Source: an uncultured Opitutales bacterium (GTDB lineage: Bacteria; Verrucomicrobiota; Verrucomicrobiia; Opitutales; CAZCJJ01). Taken from it: a stretch of 46,556 bases of DNA. The notes under the pieces were generated by a model. That model was not told where the DNA came from, ran no database searches, and worked only from the letters and a program-made list of their open reading frames with translations. Position numbers and translations under genes: made by a program. Shown piece after piece: positions 30,374 through 39,439 of this stretch (position 1 is its first letter; every line of letters begins with the position of its first letter). The stretch is from NCBI GenBank assembly GCA_964499045.1, contig CAZCJJ010000004.1, forward strand, positions 1 through 46,556, written 5' to 3'.

Positions 30374-33331
30374 TCATTTCAGATAGCCACGAACACTTTT
30401 CAGAACAGGATAATTTGAGCCATCGTTGCTTAGGAGTACCGCCCGATACTGGACCCAGTCAGCACCGCTAAAGGAAACAGGACGCCCATCTTCCAAAACC
30501 TCATAGTAAGTTCCGCTTCCTTTAGGTCCCATCCATTCCGCATACTCAAGACCTTCACGGCTTTCCGCAAACCGGACCTGAAACTGTATGCTTGAACCCA
30601 GCGGCATTTCGGCATCCCACTGAAGACTCAAGGTCCCGTCCCTCGCGCTAAGTTTGATCGGAGCGGAAAGATAGTACTCCCTGAATTCCCGGGTACGTAT
30701 ATTGCCGATGTCCACTCCACGGCTTACATGCATACCAAAGGAAGGTAGTGAGTCCCGGTTGCTCTCAAAAAAACCATCTTCCGAACCACGGTAAATCCAC
30801 GAACCAAAAGCGTGGTCGTTGTCTTTGGCGTGGTTAAAATAGACAATATCCTTGAAACCGTTCTGGTCGAAATCGGCAATAAACAGATCCAGTACTGATT
30901 GGGCGGGAAGCTCAGTCCGGTTATCGACCGTGTAATCGCCCTCCTCACTTCCCCAGTAGATGTAGCCCGGTTTCGAACGAATATAACCTTGGTTATAGGC
31001 CGAGGTTACAATATCCAGTATGCCGTTATTGTTTAAATCTGCGATTGCACTTGAAGTGGCTCCATTTGTCGGGATTTCGGTGCGGTTGTTCACGTCAAAG
31101 CCCTCCGGCCCGTTCCAGTAAATGAAAGAGTCGACAAAGCCCTTTCTCTCATTTTGAAAATTGACCAGCACGATATCCAATTTTCCATTGCCATTGAGAT
31201 CAGCCATTTTGGGGATCCGTGAGGATACTCCGGGAAGTTCCACCCGCTTGTCCCAGCTGAAATTCCCCTCGCCACCGGGCAGAATGTAGATGAAGTCAGA
31301 TCTGGTAACCAACATATTGAGGTAACCGTCACCATCAACATCGCCGTAGCTTATGATGCTACCAGGAATATCGTCAAACTCAACTACGCGCCTACGGTTG
31401 GCGTCAAAACCCTCCGGCCCGCCCCAGAAAATGACTGCAGTGGAAATGTCACCTTCCGATTGTCGCCCAAAAGTCAGATCCAAATACCCGTCCCGGTTCA
31501 GGTCCGCGATTTCCACAGTGTACGCTTGGCGCACCGGCAATGTCGAACGGTTGGCTGGTGTATAACCTTCAGGTCCTCCCCAGTAGATGTAGGCATCATC
31601 CCCCTGGTTCGCAAAGACAATGTCAGGGTAGCCGTCATTGTTAAGATCCGCCGAGGCACTCCCGAGTGGAGTTACAGCTGGAAGGAAGGTGGCAAAAGCG
31701 GGAGAGAACCGGCCACGCGGATTGCCCCAGTAAATGATGGAATCCAATGCATCCTCCGTTTTCCCACTCAAACGATTCATCAGGATCACGTCCATGCTAC
31801 CGTCAAGATTAGCATCCACGAGGGCAATATCCATCGGTCCAAACCCTTGTAATTCGGTGCGATCATAGGGAGCATAACCATCTGGACCACCCCAATAAAT
31901 ATAACTCGGCACATCAAAGGTCTCACCGTCCTGTCGATTGGCAAAGATGATCTCAGAATAGCCATCATCATTGAGGTCATAAAGTTTAACGGCTGTCGCA
32001 CCAACTGTCGGCAACTTGGTTGGATTGTTGAAATCAAATCCGTCAGGACCACCCCACAAGACGAGCGATTCGGCAAAATAGGAAGAATGGTCCGGCATAC
32101 GCATCGCCCCTTGCTTGGGCATACCAGGAATCGGCCTTGCGATGAATTCAACTCCTTCCGGGTGCTCGATCTCTATCGCCAAAACAAGGTCAGAATAGCC
32201 GTTCCCATTGAGATCGGCAATAGCCGCATCAGTAACAAATGCGTATGGCAATGTTTCAGCAATAAAACCTCCCTCGCCATTATTGTAATAAATAACAGCA
32301 GGTTCATCGTAATCCTTGCCAACAAGAATATCCGGATATCCGTCACCGTTCAAATCCGCAACCGTCAGAGAGGTGGGCTTACTGCTCTCAATCCGGGTCC
32401 GTTTTTCCAGATCGGGCCCATTGGCGCTACCCCAGTATATCAGTATGGATTGGTCATCCGGAGCGTTGTTGGTGAAAACAATATCCTGATAGCCGTTGCC
32501 ATTCAAATCGGCAATAGCGACATCGGTCGCTTTTTTTGTCGGCAGAACCATTCTGTTCACGGCACTGTACCCATCAGGACCTCCCCAGTACACATAGGAT
32601 TCCTCATCCTCATCAGCCGTACCGGGAATCGGATACTCATATCCGTTGTTCGCCAATACGAGATCAGGCCAGCCATTGCCATTGAGATCCGCAGCGGCGA
32701 TACCCAATGCCGTAAGAGTAGGAAGGGTCTGCCTGCGTTCAGGGCTGAAGCCTTCCGGCCCACCCCAATAAATAAAGGCCTCAAAGTGACGTCCGTACCA
32801 TCCATGCACAAAATTGCAAAAGGCAAGATCAGGATAGCCATCCTTATTCAAATCCATCACAATTGAGCGCCCCGCCCCCAGCGTAGGCAGCTGGATGATC
32901 GATTCCGGAGCATCATGAATCCAGCGAATGGTATGCTGAAGAGCTGCCATATTAGGAATCGGCGGAAGCAAATTGGTAAACCCTTCCTCCGGATCATTCA
33001 AGTAGATCAAAAGATCACTTGAGTCCAGATGACTATGGTCGTTATTGACGATGATATCCGTCCAGCCGTCCAGGTTGTAGTCCCAGGTATGAATCGTACG
33101 GACCTCTCCCTTGCGGGTAACATATACATTTGCCCCAGCGTCTCCCGGTTGACCGGCTGCAAAATCCGCAAACCCCTTATGGATAAAGAGAGCTTTCTCT
33201 GTGGACGGGCTGGTTCTTGCCACCACAGCATGTGAACGCGGTTGGCTGGCCAATGGCAGTGAGGCAGCAAAGCTTAAGAGGAGGCATCCTCCCAATCGGG
33301 TAATCATTGTTTGAGTTTCCTTTATAGCCAT
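30374..33331 (-). CDS. FG-GAP/VCBS-repeat protein B2 (985 aa, secreted)
   Basis: Signal peptide. 14 DxNxDGxxD loops (e.g. ADLNGNGWPD) spaced about 60 aa apart, each preceded by an IYWGGPxG motif. C-terminal beta-sandwich-like domain. Confidence 0.85.
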   Translation of the reverse strand: MAIKETQTMITRLGGCLLLSFAASLPLASQPRSHAVVARTSPSTEKALFIHKGFADFAAGQPGDAGANVYVTRKGEVRTIHTWDYNLDGWTDIIVNNDHSHLDSSDLLIYLNDPEEGFTNLLPPIPNMAALQHTIRWIHDAPESIIQLPTLGAGRSIVMDLNKDGYPDLAFCNFVHGWYGRHFEAFIYWGGPEGFSPERRQTLPTLTALGIAAADLNGNGWPDLVLANNGYEYPIPGTADEDEESYVYWGGPDGYSAVNRMVLPTKKATDVAIADLNGNGYQDIVFTNNAPDDQSILIYWGSANGPDLEKRTRIESSKPTSLTVADLNGDGYPDILVGKDYDEPAVIYYNNGEGGFIAETLPYAFVTDAAIADLNGNGYSDLVLAIEIEHPEGVEFIARPIPGMPKQGAMRMPDHSSYFAESLVLWGGPDGFDFNNPTKLPTVGATAVKLYDLNDDGYSEIIFANRQDGETFDVPSYIYWGGPDGYAPYDRTELQGFGPMDIALVDANLDGSMDVILMNRLSGKTEDALDSIIYWGNPRGRFSPAFATFLPAVTPLGSASADLNNDGYPDIVFANQGDDAYIYWGGPEGYTPANRSTLPVRQAYTVEIADLNRDGYLDLTFGRQSEGDISTAVIFWGGPEGFDANRRRVVEFDDIPGSIISYGDVDGDGYLNMLVTRSDFIYILPGGEGNFSWDKRVELPGVSSRIPKMADLNGNGKLDIVLVNFQNERKGFVDSFIYWNGPEGFDVNNRTEIPTNGATSSAIADLNNNGILDIVTSAYNQGYIRSKPGYIYWGSEEGDYTVDNRTELPAQSVLDLFIADFDQNGFKDIVYFNHAKDNDHAFGSWIYRGSEDGFFESNRDSLPSFGMHVSRGVDIGNIRTREFREYYLSAPIKLSARDGTLSLQWDAEMPLGSSIQFQVRFAESREGLEYAEWMGPKGSGTYYEVLEDGRPVSFSGADWVQYRAVLLSNDGSNYPVLKSVRGYLK

Positions 33332-33438
33332 AGTATTTTATCTGCTTTTATTTAATTAAAATGACGAACCGCCGATTCCGGCACTAGGATCGAATTGCCA
33401 ACCAAGACGTTGGGGAATCCTTACATTAGCCGACACAA

Positions 33439-36378
33439 TCAAGTATCTTCAAACCCGAAACTGTAGAGCTTGACCCCGGGTGAATTAAGATGAAAGCGCA
33501 GACGGATGTCACGTCCGGAAGGTAACTCCGTTGCCTTACTCCACCGAACAGGAACAGCCAGCCCATCACCGATTAGTGGCTCAAAATCATCCGTTGTATA
33601 GCCGGGAATCGCCTGTCCGTTGCTAGCATCCAAAACCTCCACTGAAAAGTCTCCGGACTTCAACACACCCTCAATATTGACTCTCAATCCCCGCCCACCA
33701 TCAACACTGTCAACCGGGATAGTGGTAAGGATACCTTTACGTCCAGGCTCAGGTGTGAAATAGGTCCAACCATTGACACGAAGGCGGGCGAGCCCGAGTT
33801 CTGTCAAATGATGGTTAAAATTCCCCGAACCTTTGCGTGTATAGGCTCCCCCAAAGTAGTAAAGCCACATATCGTCACCTCCAAAATAACGGGGTGACAG
33901 CCAGCCGATTATACCCGAGTCCCATTCTCCGGGATTCCCCAGAGGGATAAGTGGCCGCCCCCGTTTGACCCGGATAAAGTTAAAGCCGTCACGACTGACC
34001 GCCAAGCTGATATCACGGTTGGGAATGCCCATCCGCCCGGGCCAGTAAGTATTGAAATAAATCCCCTCAGCCTTGCGTACACGCGCAACATATATCTGGT
34101 CTTCATTATCACCGGCAACAGAATCGAAGTAAGTCTGAGGGCGAAAAACATTTAAATAAGGAGAAGTTGGGTGGATTGGTGTTGCCGGCGGTGTTTGACC
34201 ATAGGGGTCGTCGGCATCGAGGTGGTGCTCAAATCCAGACCATTTCAACAAATCTTTTGTCCAAACTACTCCCCAGGCCCGCCCGGTTTCGGTATAAGTA
34301 CGTCCGTATAGTCGAATAGGTCGTTCGGGATCGTCAGGGTCATAAAACCCAGGCCTCCCCCTTTCCCGTATCACACTCATAACAGGCACTCTCGTAGCCT
34401 CCGTCCATTTCTTTCCATCCGGAGAATAATCCAGATAATAGAGTCCTCGTTGTTCCATCACATAACGCAACCTTGTATATTTTTTTTCCGGATCTGATGC
34501 ATCCGGATTCTCCAGCACTCCGGAATAGTTATAATCCGGATCACCGGCGAGCCAGGCCAAAGGGCGTTTAGAGAAAACCTCTTCTTCGCCGAGACCATCA
34601 GGCAATTCGTCTACCCTCTCAAAATGGATACCGTCACTGCTGATAGCATAGCCGAAAACCTGTCCATAACCAGGACGGACCTCAGAATCAACCGGGTACC
34701 GGGAGTATCTCATCACATAAGTATCCCCCCTCTTCGCCACCGCAGGTCCACGCAATAAAAGATTCTCCTCAATTTTCGGACTCAGTAATGGATTAGCAGG
34801 ATCCTTCTCAGCCTGATTAAGGACCAGCTCAAGACCTTCGGTCTCAGCTACCTCAAGGGCATCAAGAAACAAAATCTCGCGGTCTTCTGCCACGGACAGC
34901 GAGGGTATCCATAGCCGATCGAAATAAGCCCGTTCCGCTGCAAAGAACAACAGCCCTAGGTCCCCCGCGCCGACAGGCGCCTGCTTTTCAGCCAAAATCG
35001 GGCGGGATGGTGCGTAAAAAGGGCCGCGTAACTCCTGAATCTCACCAAAACCTTCACCTAACCAGCGCGCACTATAAGCCCAGCGTCGCGAGGTATTTTG
35101 CCACGCCACCCATACCACGCCACGTCCGTCGCGGAATAGTGCCGGCCATCCAAACTGTTCAATATGCGGCACCATACGCCCTTCAAATCGCTGTCCATGG
35201 ATTCCACTGCGACGCACCAAAATCTCTTCCGCACTGATAATCGTCCCCAGAGACCACCCTTCATTGGTGAGTCTGGCATACGCCAAACTCGAACCACCGC
35301 CGCCACGCTGGCGTAAGTAATTCTCATCATCGCCAAAAGGAACTTCACGCACACCTTCATGCTGGAAGGTAATTAACGGACGGTCCTCATGAATGATGAT
35401 CGAGGGATGAAAAACATATTCACGCACAATCCGTTCAGGAGAACCCCACTCGCCATCCGGGGTACGCATAACCACCCAAACAGCAAAGTCACGCCGGAAG
35501 GCCAGCCATACTGTACCGTCTGCTGTTCTATCCATAACAACATTCTGGCTCACCCTTTCGGAATCAGGGATACGGCTCCCGGGACGCCCCAGGGGAGGCA
35601 GTCCATCCGAGGGACCCGTCACAAGTTCCGGCTCACTGGCGGTAATGGGATGGTAGTAAATCGTGTCCTCCCTGGCATAGGCAAGCACCACGTCTCCATC
35701 TACATCCACCATGATATCTCCCATCAGGGCCGGACCTTCAGCCAAACTCACGGTGGACCAAGTATTGGTAGAGCGCAGATCATCGGTCACTTCAGTCATG
35801 GCATGCCAGATCCCGTCTTCGTCAGCCCAGGCTACGTGCACCTGTCCATAGGGATCAACCACCATACTGCCATTCTTGATTTTCCCTGAGGAGGGCAACA
35901 GCGCACCAGATCCCTCTCCCACCAGTTCAAACATATCGAAATCGCCCCCACGGGGTCGGTACGGATTGGTTTCATCAGACGCCGCAACTCCCAGATAAAG
36001 AGTGTGATTGTCCTGCTCAACAAGAATGTACCATCTGCCCTTATCATCACGGGCGATCTGACGGCCGTTGGCAGGAAAGATTTCAACATTCATACTCACT
36101 CTTGCCGATGCCGCCGTAACCTCCAGCGGCATGGCCGAATCAGGTTCCCTTAAGCTAAAGGGATCCCACATACTGATATATTCCGAGGGATTCTCTGCCG
36201 GAGGTGGCATGTAAGTGAATGCTGCATAGTCAGCCGGAGGAACCGGTGCATAATCTCCCACAGGTTCATCGGCAATCAGGTGCGCAATACCTGCCACAAA
36301 CATGGCAGCAAAAAAATAGTGAAACAAACTGTCGGCTGAGTGCTGAACAAAATCGCTTACGATATGTTTATTTGCCAT
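33439..36378 (-). CDS. Double-propeller glycosidase-like protein A2 (about 979 aa), paralog of 39440..42358
   Basis: N-terminal TM/signal segment. The C-terminal half has repeated blade motifs (SSDGIHF, YSPDGKKW, VSRDGFNF, GEWDSG) and a terminal sandwich (LRFHLNSPGVKLYSFGF). Start set to ATG 36378. Confidence 0.7.
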   Translation of the reverse strand: MANKHIVSDFVQHSADSLFHYFFAAMFVAGIAHLIADEPVGDYAPVPPADYAAFTYMPPPAENPSEYISMWDPFSLREPDSAMPLEVTAASARVSMNVEIFPANGRQIARDDKGRWYILVEQDNHTLYLGVAASDETNPYRPRGGDFDMFELVGEGSGALLPSSGKIKNGSMVVDPYGQVHVAWADEDGIWHAMTEVTDDLRSTNTWSTVSLAEGPALMGDIMVDVDGDVVLAYAREDTIYYHPITASEPELVTGPSDGLPPLGRPGSRIPDSERVSQNVVMDRTADGTVWLAFRRDFAVWVVMRTPDGEWGSPERIVREYVFHPSIIIHEDRPLITFQHEGVREVPFGDDENYLRQRGGGGSSLAYARLTNEGWSLGTIISAEEILVRRSGIHGQRFEGRMVPHIEQFGWPALFRDGRGVVWVAWQNTSRRWAYSARWLGEGFGEIQELRGPFYAPSRPILAEKQAPVGAGDLGLLFFAAERAYFDRLWIPSLSVAEDREILFLDALEVAETEGLELVLNQAEKDPANPLLSPKIEENLLLRGPAVAKRGDTYVMRYSRYPVDSEVRPGYGQVFGYAISSDGIHFERVDELPDGLGEEEVFSKRPLAWLAGDPDYNYSGVLENPDASDPEKKYTRLRYVMEQRGLYYLDYSPDGKKWTEATRVPVMSVIRERGRPGFYDPDDPERPIRLYGRTYTETGRAWGVVWTKDLLKWSGFEHHLDADDPYGQTPPATPIHPTSPYLNVFRPQTYFDSVAGDNEDQIYVARVRKAEGIYFNTYWPGRMGIPNRDISLAVSRDGFNFIRVKRGRPLIPLGNPGEWDSGIIGWLSPRYFGGDDMWLYYFGGAYTRKGSGNFNHHLTELGLARLRVNGWTYFTPEPGRKGILTTIPVDSVDGGRGLRVNIEGVLKSGDFSVEVLDASNGQAIPGYTTDDFEPLIGDGLAVPVRWSKATELPSGRDIRLRFHLNSPGVKLYSFGFEDT

Positions 36379-36395
36379 TATGTATACCAATTTTT

Positions 36396-39332
36396 TTACT
36401 TACTTAACATACGCACTGAATGAACCACTGGGCCGGCCCCTGAATGACCGGAATCCAGCTGCAGCTTGTATTGGAAACTTTCTGCTCCAAATCGTCCCTC
36501 AAAGGCAAAGGGAGAGCCTTCAAGTTCAACCGGTTCCAACTCCCACCAATCTTTCCCTTCAACTCCTTCATCTCCCCCTTCCCGCATGAAGGCGCGTATA
36601 CTTTGACGGGAATTCGCTTCGGCATCAACGATCAGGTAAAACTCGCCTTTACGAGCATCGTACAAATCCACCGGACGGGAAACGTAAACCTCGTGGCTAC
36701 TTCTATCCATGATGTTCCCGGGATCCGGGAACTGCCGTGCATGCGGTCCGAAACTGGGAATGATCGATCGCCTCTCGATACTCCATCCCTCCTTGTCACC
36801 CCAGTATATAAAGGATCCCACGGCATGATTGGCACCCCTTGTCATCAAACCGTGATAGACGTCGCCAGCTGAATGATTATATACAATAATGTCCATGTAG
36901 CCATCTCCATCCAAGTCAAGCACAAGGTTCCCGGCGGATGAATGCGAGGGTAATTCAATCCTGCCGGACTCGGAGTAGCGCCCCCGTCGATTACCGGGAT
37001 AGATATAAGTAGGCATATCCCGGTTGATTTCGCCATGATAGTTGGCGATCAAAATATCCGGGTAACCGTCGCTATTGGCATCCGCTACGCTTCCCTGAGA
37101 AGCCCAATGACTGGAAAGCTCGGTCCGGTTGCCTGTGGAGAAAAGACCGTTCCGATTCCAGTAAATAGCGGATTGCTGAGAATACTCATCACGGCCTGAT
37201 GGTTTAAGAACCCCACGCTGTACGGCAAAAATATCCAGCCACCCATCACCATTGAAATCAGCCAGTGAAATGGGGCCTGTAATCAAACCGGTTTCCAGCT
37301 CAATGCTGTTATTAATGTTGAATAGTCCGTCATCCTGCCCCCAAAGCACACGGAAGCCACCTTTGCGATTTCCCAAAACAAGGTCCAGGCGCCCGTCTCC
37401 ATTCAAATCACCCAAGGCCGCACTGTTTGTGGCGACTCCGGTTTTTATGGCAATGGCATCACCAAAACCATTTTCATCACCGTGAAAAACGGCGATTTCT
37501 TCGCTACTGGTGCTTGTCACCACCAAATCAAGAAATCCGTCCCGGTTGAGATCGGCGACCATCACCATCCCGCCTCTGGCAAATGGCAATTCCATGACGG
37601 AAGGATTGGCATAATCGAAGTTCCCGTTTTCCCCGTAAAAAACATAAAGATGTTTACCCGGCCTGTTCGCCACATATATAAGGTCGGCGTGTCCATTGCC
37701 GGTGAGATCAGTTGCCACCACACCCAAGCCCTCGGGTACTCCCGGGAGGCGGGTCATGGTCGAGGGTGAATAGTTGGCGTAGTCGTTACCCCAGTAGATA
37801 TAGGAGTCAATACGCCCGGATGTTCCGCTCCACCGGTTCATGAGCAAGATATCCTCACGTCCATTACGATTGAAATCCCCCGTAATCACCCCTTCGGCGC
37901 CGTAGCCGACAAGTTCATCCCGCATGGCCGGGCTGTAATGTCCGTCAGGACTTCCCCAGTAAATATAGGCAGGCGCATCGACGGTTCCCCGTGCGGAATC
38001 ACGCCTATTAGCAAAAATAAGATCCGGAACACCATCCTTATTCAAATCGGCAATAGTCACATCCGTTGACTGCAAGGTTGGCAATTCGTGCCTCTTGGAA
38101 GGGCTGAAATCATTTCCCGTTCCGTAATACACGTAGGAGACATTACCACGAAGGTTGGCAACAACCAGATCGGTATGACCATCTCCGTTGAGATCGGCGG
38201 CAGCAGCGGCAGACGCATTGACGGCTTCAATATCGGTTACATTGTCTTCGCCAAACCCATCCTTGCTATTCCAGAAAATACGCGACACATCTCCATTGGA
38301 TGGAACGAAGATATCAATTTTCCCATCGTCATTCAGGTCCGCAAGGAGCATGGCACGTGATGTCCCCAGGGACCAGGTAGGATCAAGGGCAGGCAAATCG
38401 GTATACTTTTCCGGATCGACTCCTTTGGGTCCACTTTCGAATATACGGATGCTGCCCTCACGCCCTGCCTGAAGAAACACCAGATCCTGATAGCCATTTC
38501 CGGTAAGGTCGGCTGCCTTGACATCAATGGCATATTCAGTTGGCAACTCAGTTCGCGAATCTTCGTTAAAACCATATACAGTATTCCAATAGACATAGGA
38601 TCGGCTCTCTGGCTCAGCGATACCAGCCTCCCTACGTTCGGCTGCCGTCATGGCACTGGCCCCCCGGATGACATCTTCACGTCCGTTGTTCGCAACAACC
38701 AGATCAAGACGTCCATTGTTGTTAAGATCTGCAGCAGCCACCGCGTCTCCACCGGAGGTTGGAACTGTCGACACACGCTCACGTGAATAGCCATTCGCCC
38801 CTCCCCAGTAAATCAGGACGGGATAGTCTGCCTGATACCAGCCATGTACCCAGTTGGTAAATACAATATCCAGGTATCCATCTTGGTTGAAATCAGCTGC
38901 AATGGGTTTACCACCTCCTAATGTAGGAAGGCGCTCAATGTTTTTCAAGCTGTCAAGCATCCAGCGCAACTGCAAAAAACCGGCAACATCTTCCCTTGTC
39001 TGCGTCGGTGGAAGAAGGGAGGAAAAGCCATGCCCGGGTTGATTGTAGTAAATGAATGCATCCGAGGTGTCATAGAAGTTGTGATCATTAACCACAAAGA
39101 TCTCCGGATGTCCGTCATTGTTATAGTCAAATAGTTGGATAAAGCGAATCTGGCCATCATGGCTGACAAACAGGTTTTGCCCCGCATTACCCACTTTCCC
39201 GGCGGCAAAATCCTCATACGAGTCATGCGAAAAGTACACTTCCTCTCCCCACAGCGAACCGCCCATGGCCAACAGTCCGACTAAAACAGCCTTGAGTATC
39301 ATTGAATTTCCATCCATTCGATTGCTTTTCAT
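36396..39332 (-). CDS. FG-GAP/VCBS-repeat protein B1 (978 aa, secreted), paralog of 30374..33331
   Basis: Signal peptide, 14 DxNxDGxxD loops, collinear with B2. Confidence 0.85.
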   Translation of the reverse strand: MKSNRMDGNSMILKAVLVGLLAMGGSLWGEEVYFSHDSYEDFAAGKVGNAGQNLFVSHDGQIRFIQLFDYNNDGHPEIFVVNDHNFYDTSDAFIYYNQPGHGFSSLLPPTQTREDVAGFLQLRWMLDSLKNIERLPTLGGGKPIAADFNQDGYLDIVFTNWVHGWYQADYPVLIYWGGANGYSRERVSTVPTSGGDAVAAADLNNNGRLDLVVANNGREDVIRGASAMTAAERREAGIAEPESRSYVYWNTVYGFNEDSRTELPTEYAIDVKAADLTGNGYQDLVFLQAGREGSIRIFESGPKGVDPEKYTDLPALDPTWSLGTSRAMLLADLNDDGKIDIFVPSNGDVSRIFWNSKDGFGEDNVTDIEAVNASAAAAADLNGDGHTDLVVANLRGNVSYVYYGTGNDFSPSKRHELPTLQSTDVTIADLNKDGVPDLIFANRRDSARGTVDAPAYIYWGSPDGHYSPAMRDELVGYGAEGVITGDFNRNGREDILLMNRWSGTSGRIDSYIYWGNDYANYSPSTMTRLPGVPEGLGVVATDLTGNGHADLIYVANRPGKHLYVFYGENGNFDYANPSVMELPFARGGMVMVADLNRDGFLDLVVTSTSSEEIAVFHGDENGFGDAIAIKTGVATNSAALGDLNGDGRLDLVLGNRKGGFRVLWGQDDGLFNINNSIELETGLITGPISLADFNGDGWLDIFAVQRGVLKPSGRDEYSQQSAIYWNRNGLFSTGNRTELSSHWASQGSVADANSDGYPDILIANYHGEINRDMPTYIYPGNRRGRYSESGRIELPSHSSAGNLVLDLDGDGYMDIIVYNHSAGDVYHGLMTRGANHAVGSFIYWGDKEGWSIERRSIIPSFGPHARQFPDPGNIMDRSSHEVYVSRPVDLYDARKGEFYLIVDAEANSRQSIRAFMREGGDEGVEGKDWWELEPVELEGSPFAFEGRFGAESFQYKLQLDSGHSGAGPVVHSVRMLSK

Positions 39333-39439
39333 TTTTTATATAATTGTTAAGCAGGCAAAGTTATTAGAATAGCCGTTTTAAATTCCGATTAAAGCCAGCT
39401 CCTCCGCCCCCCCTGAGATATTGCGGCGGCCATCCGGAT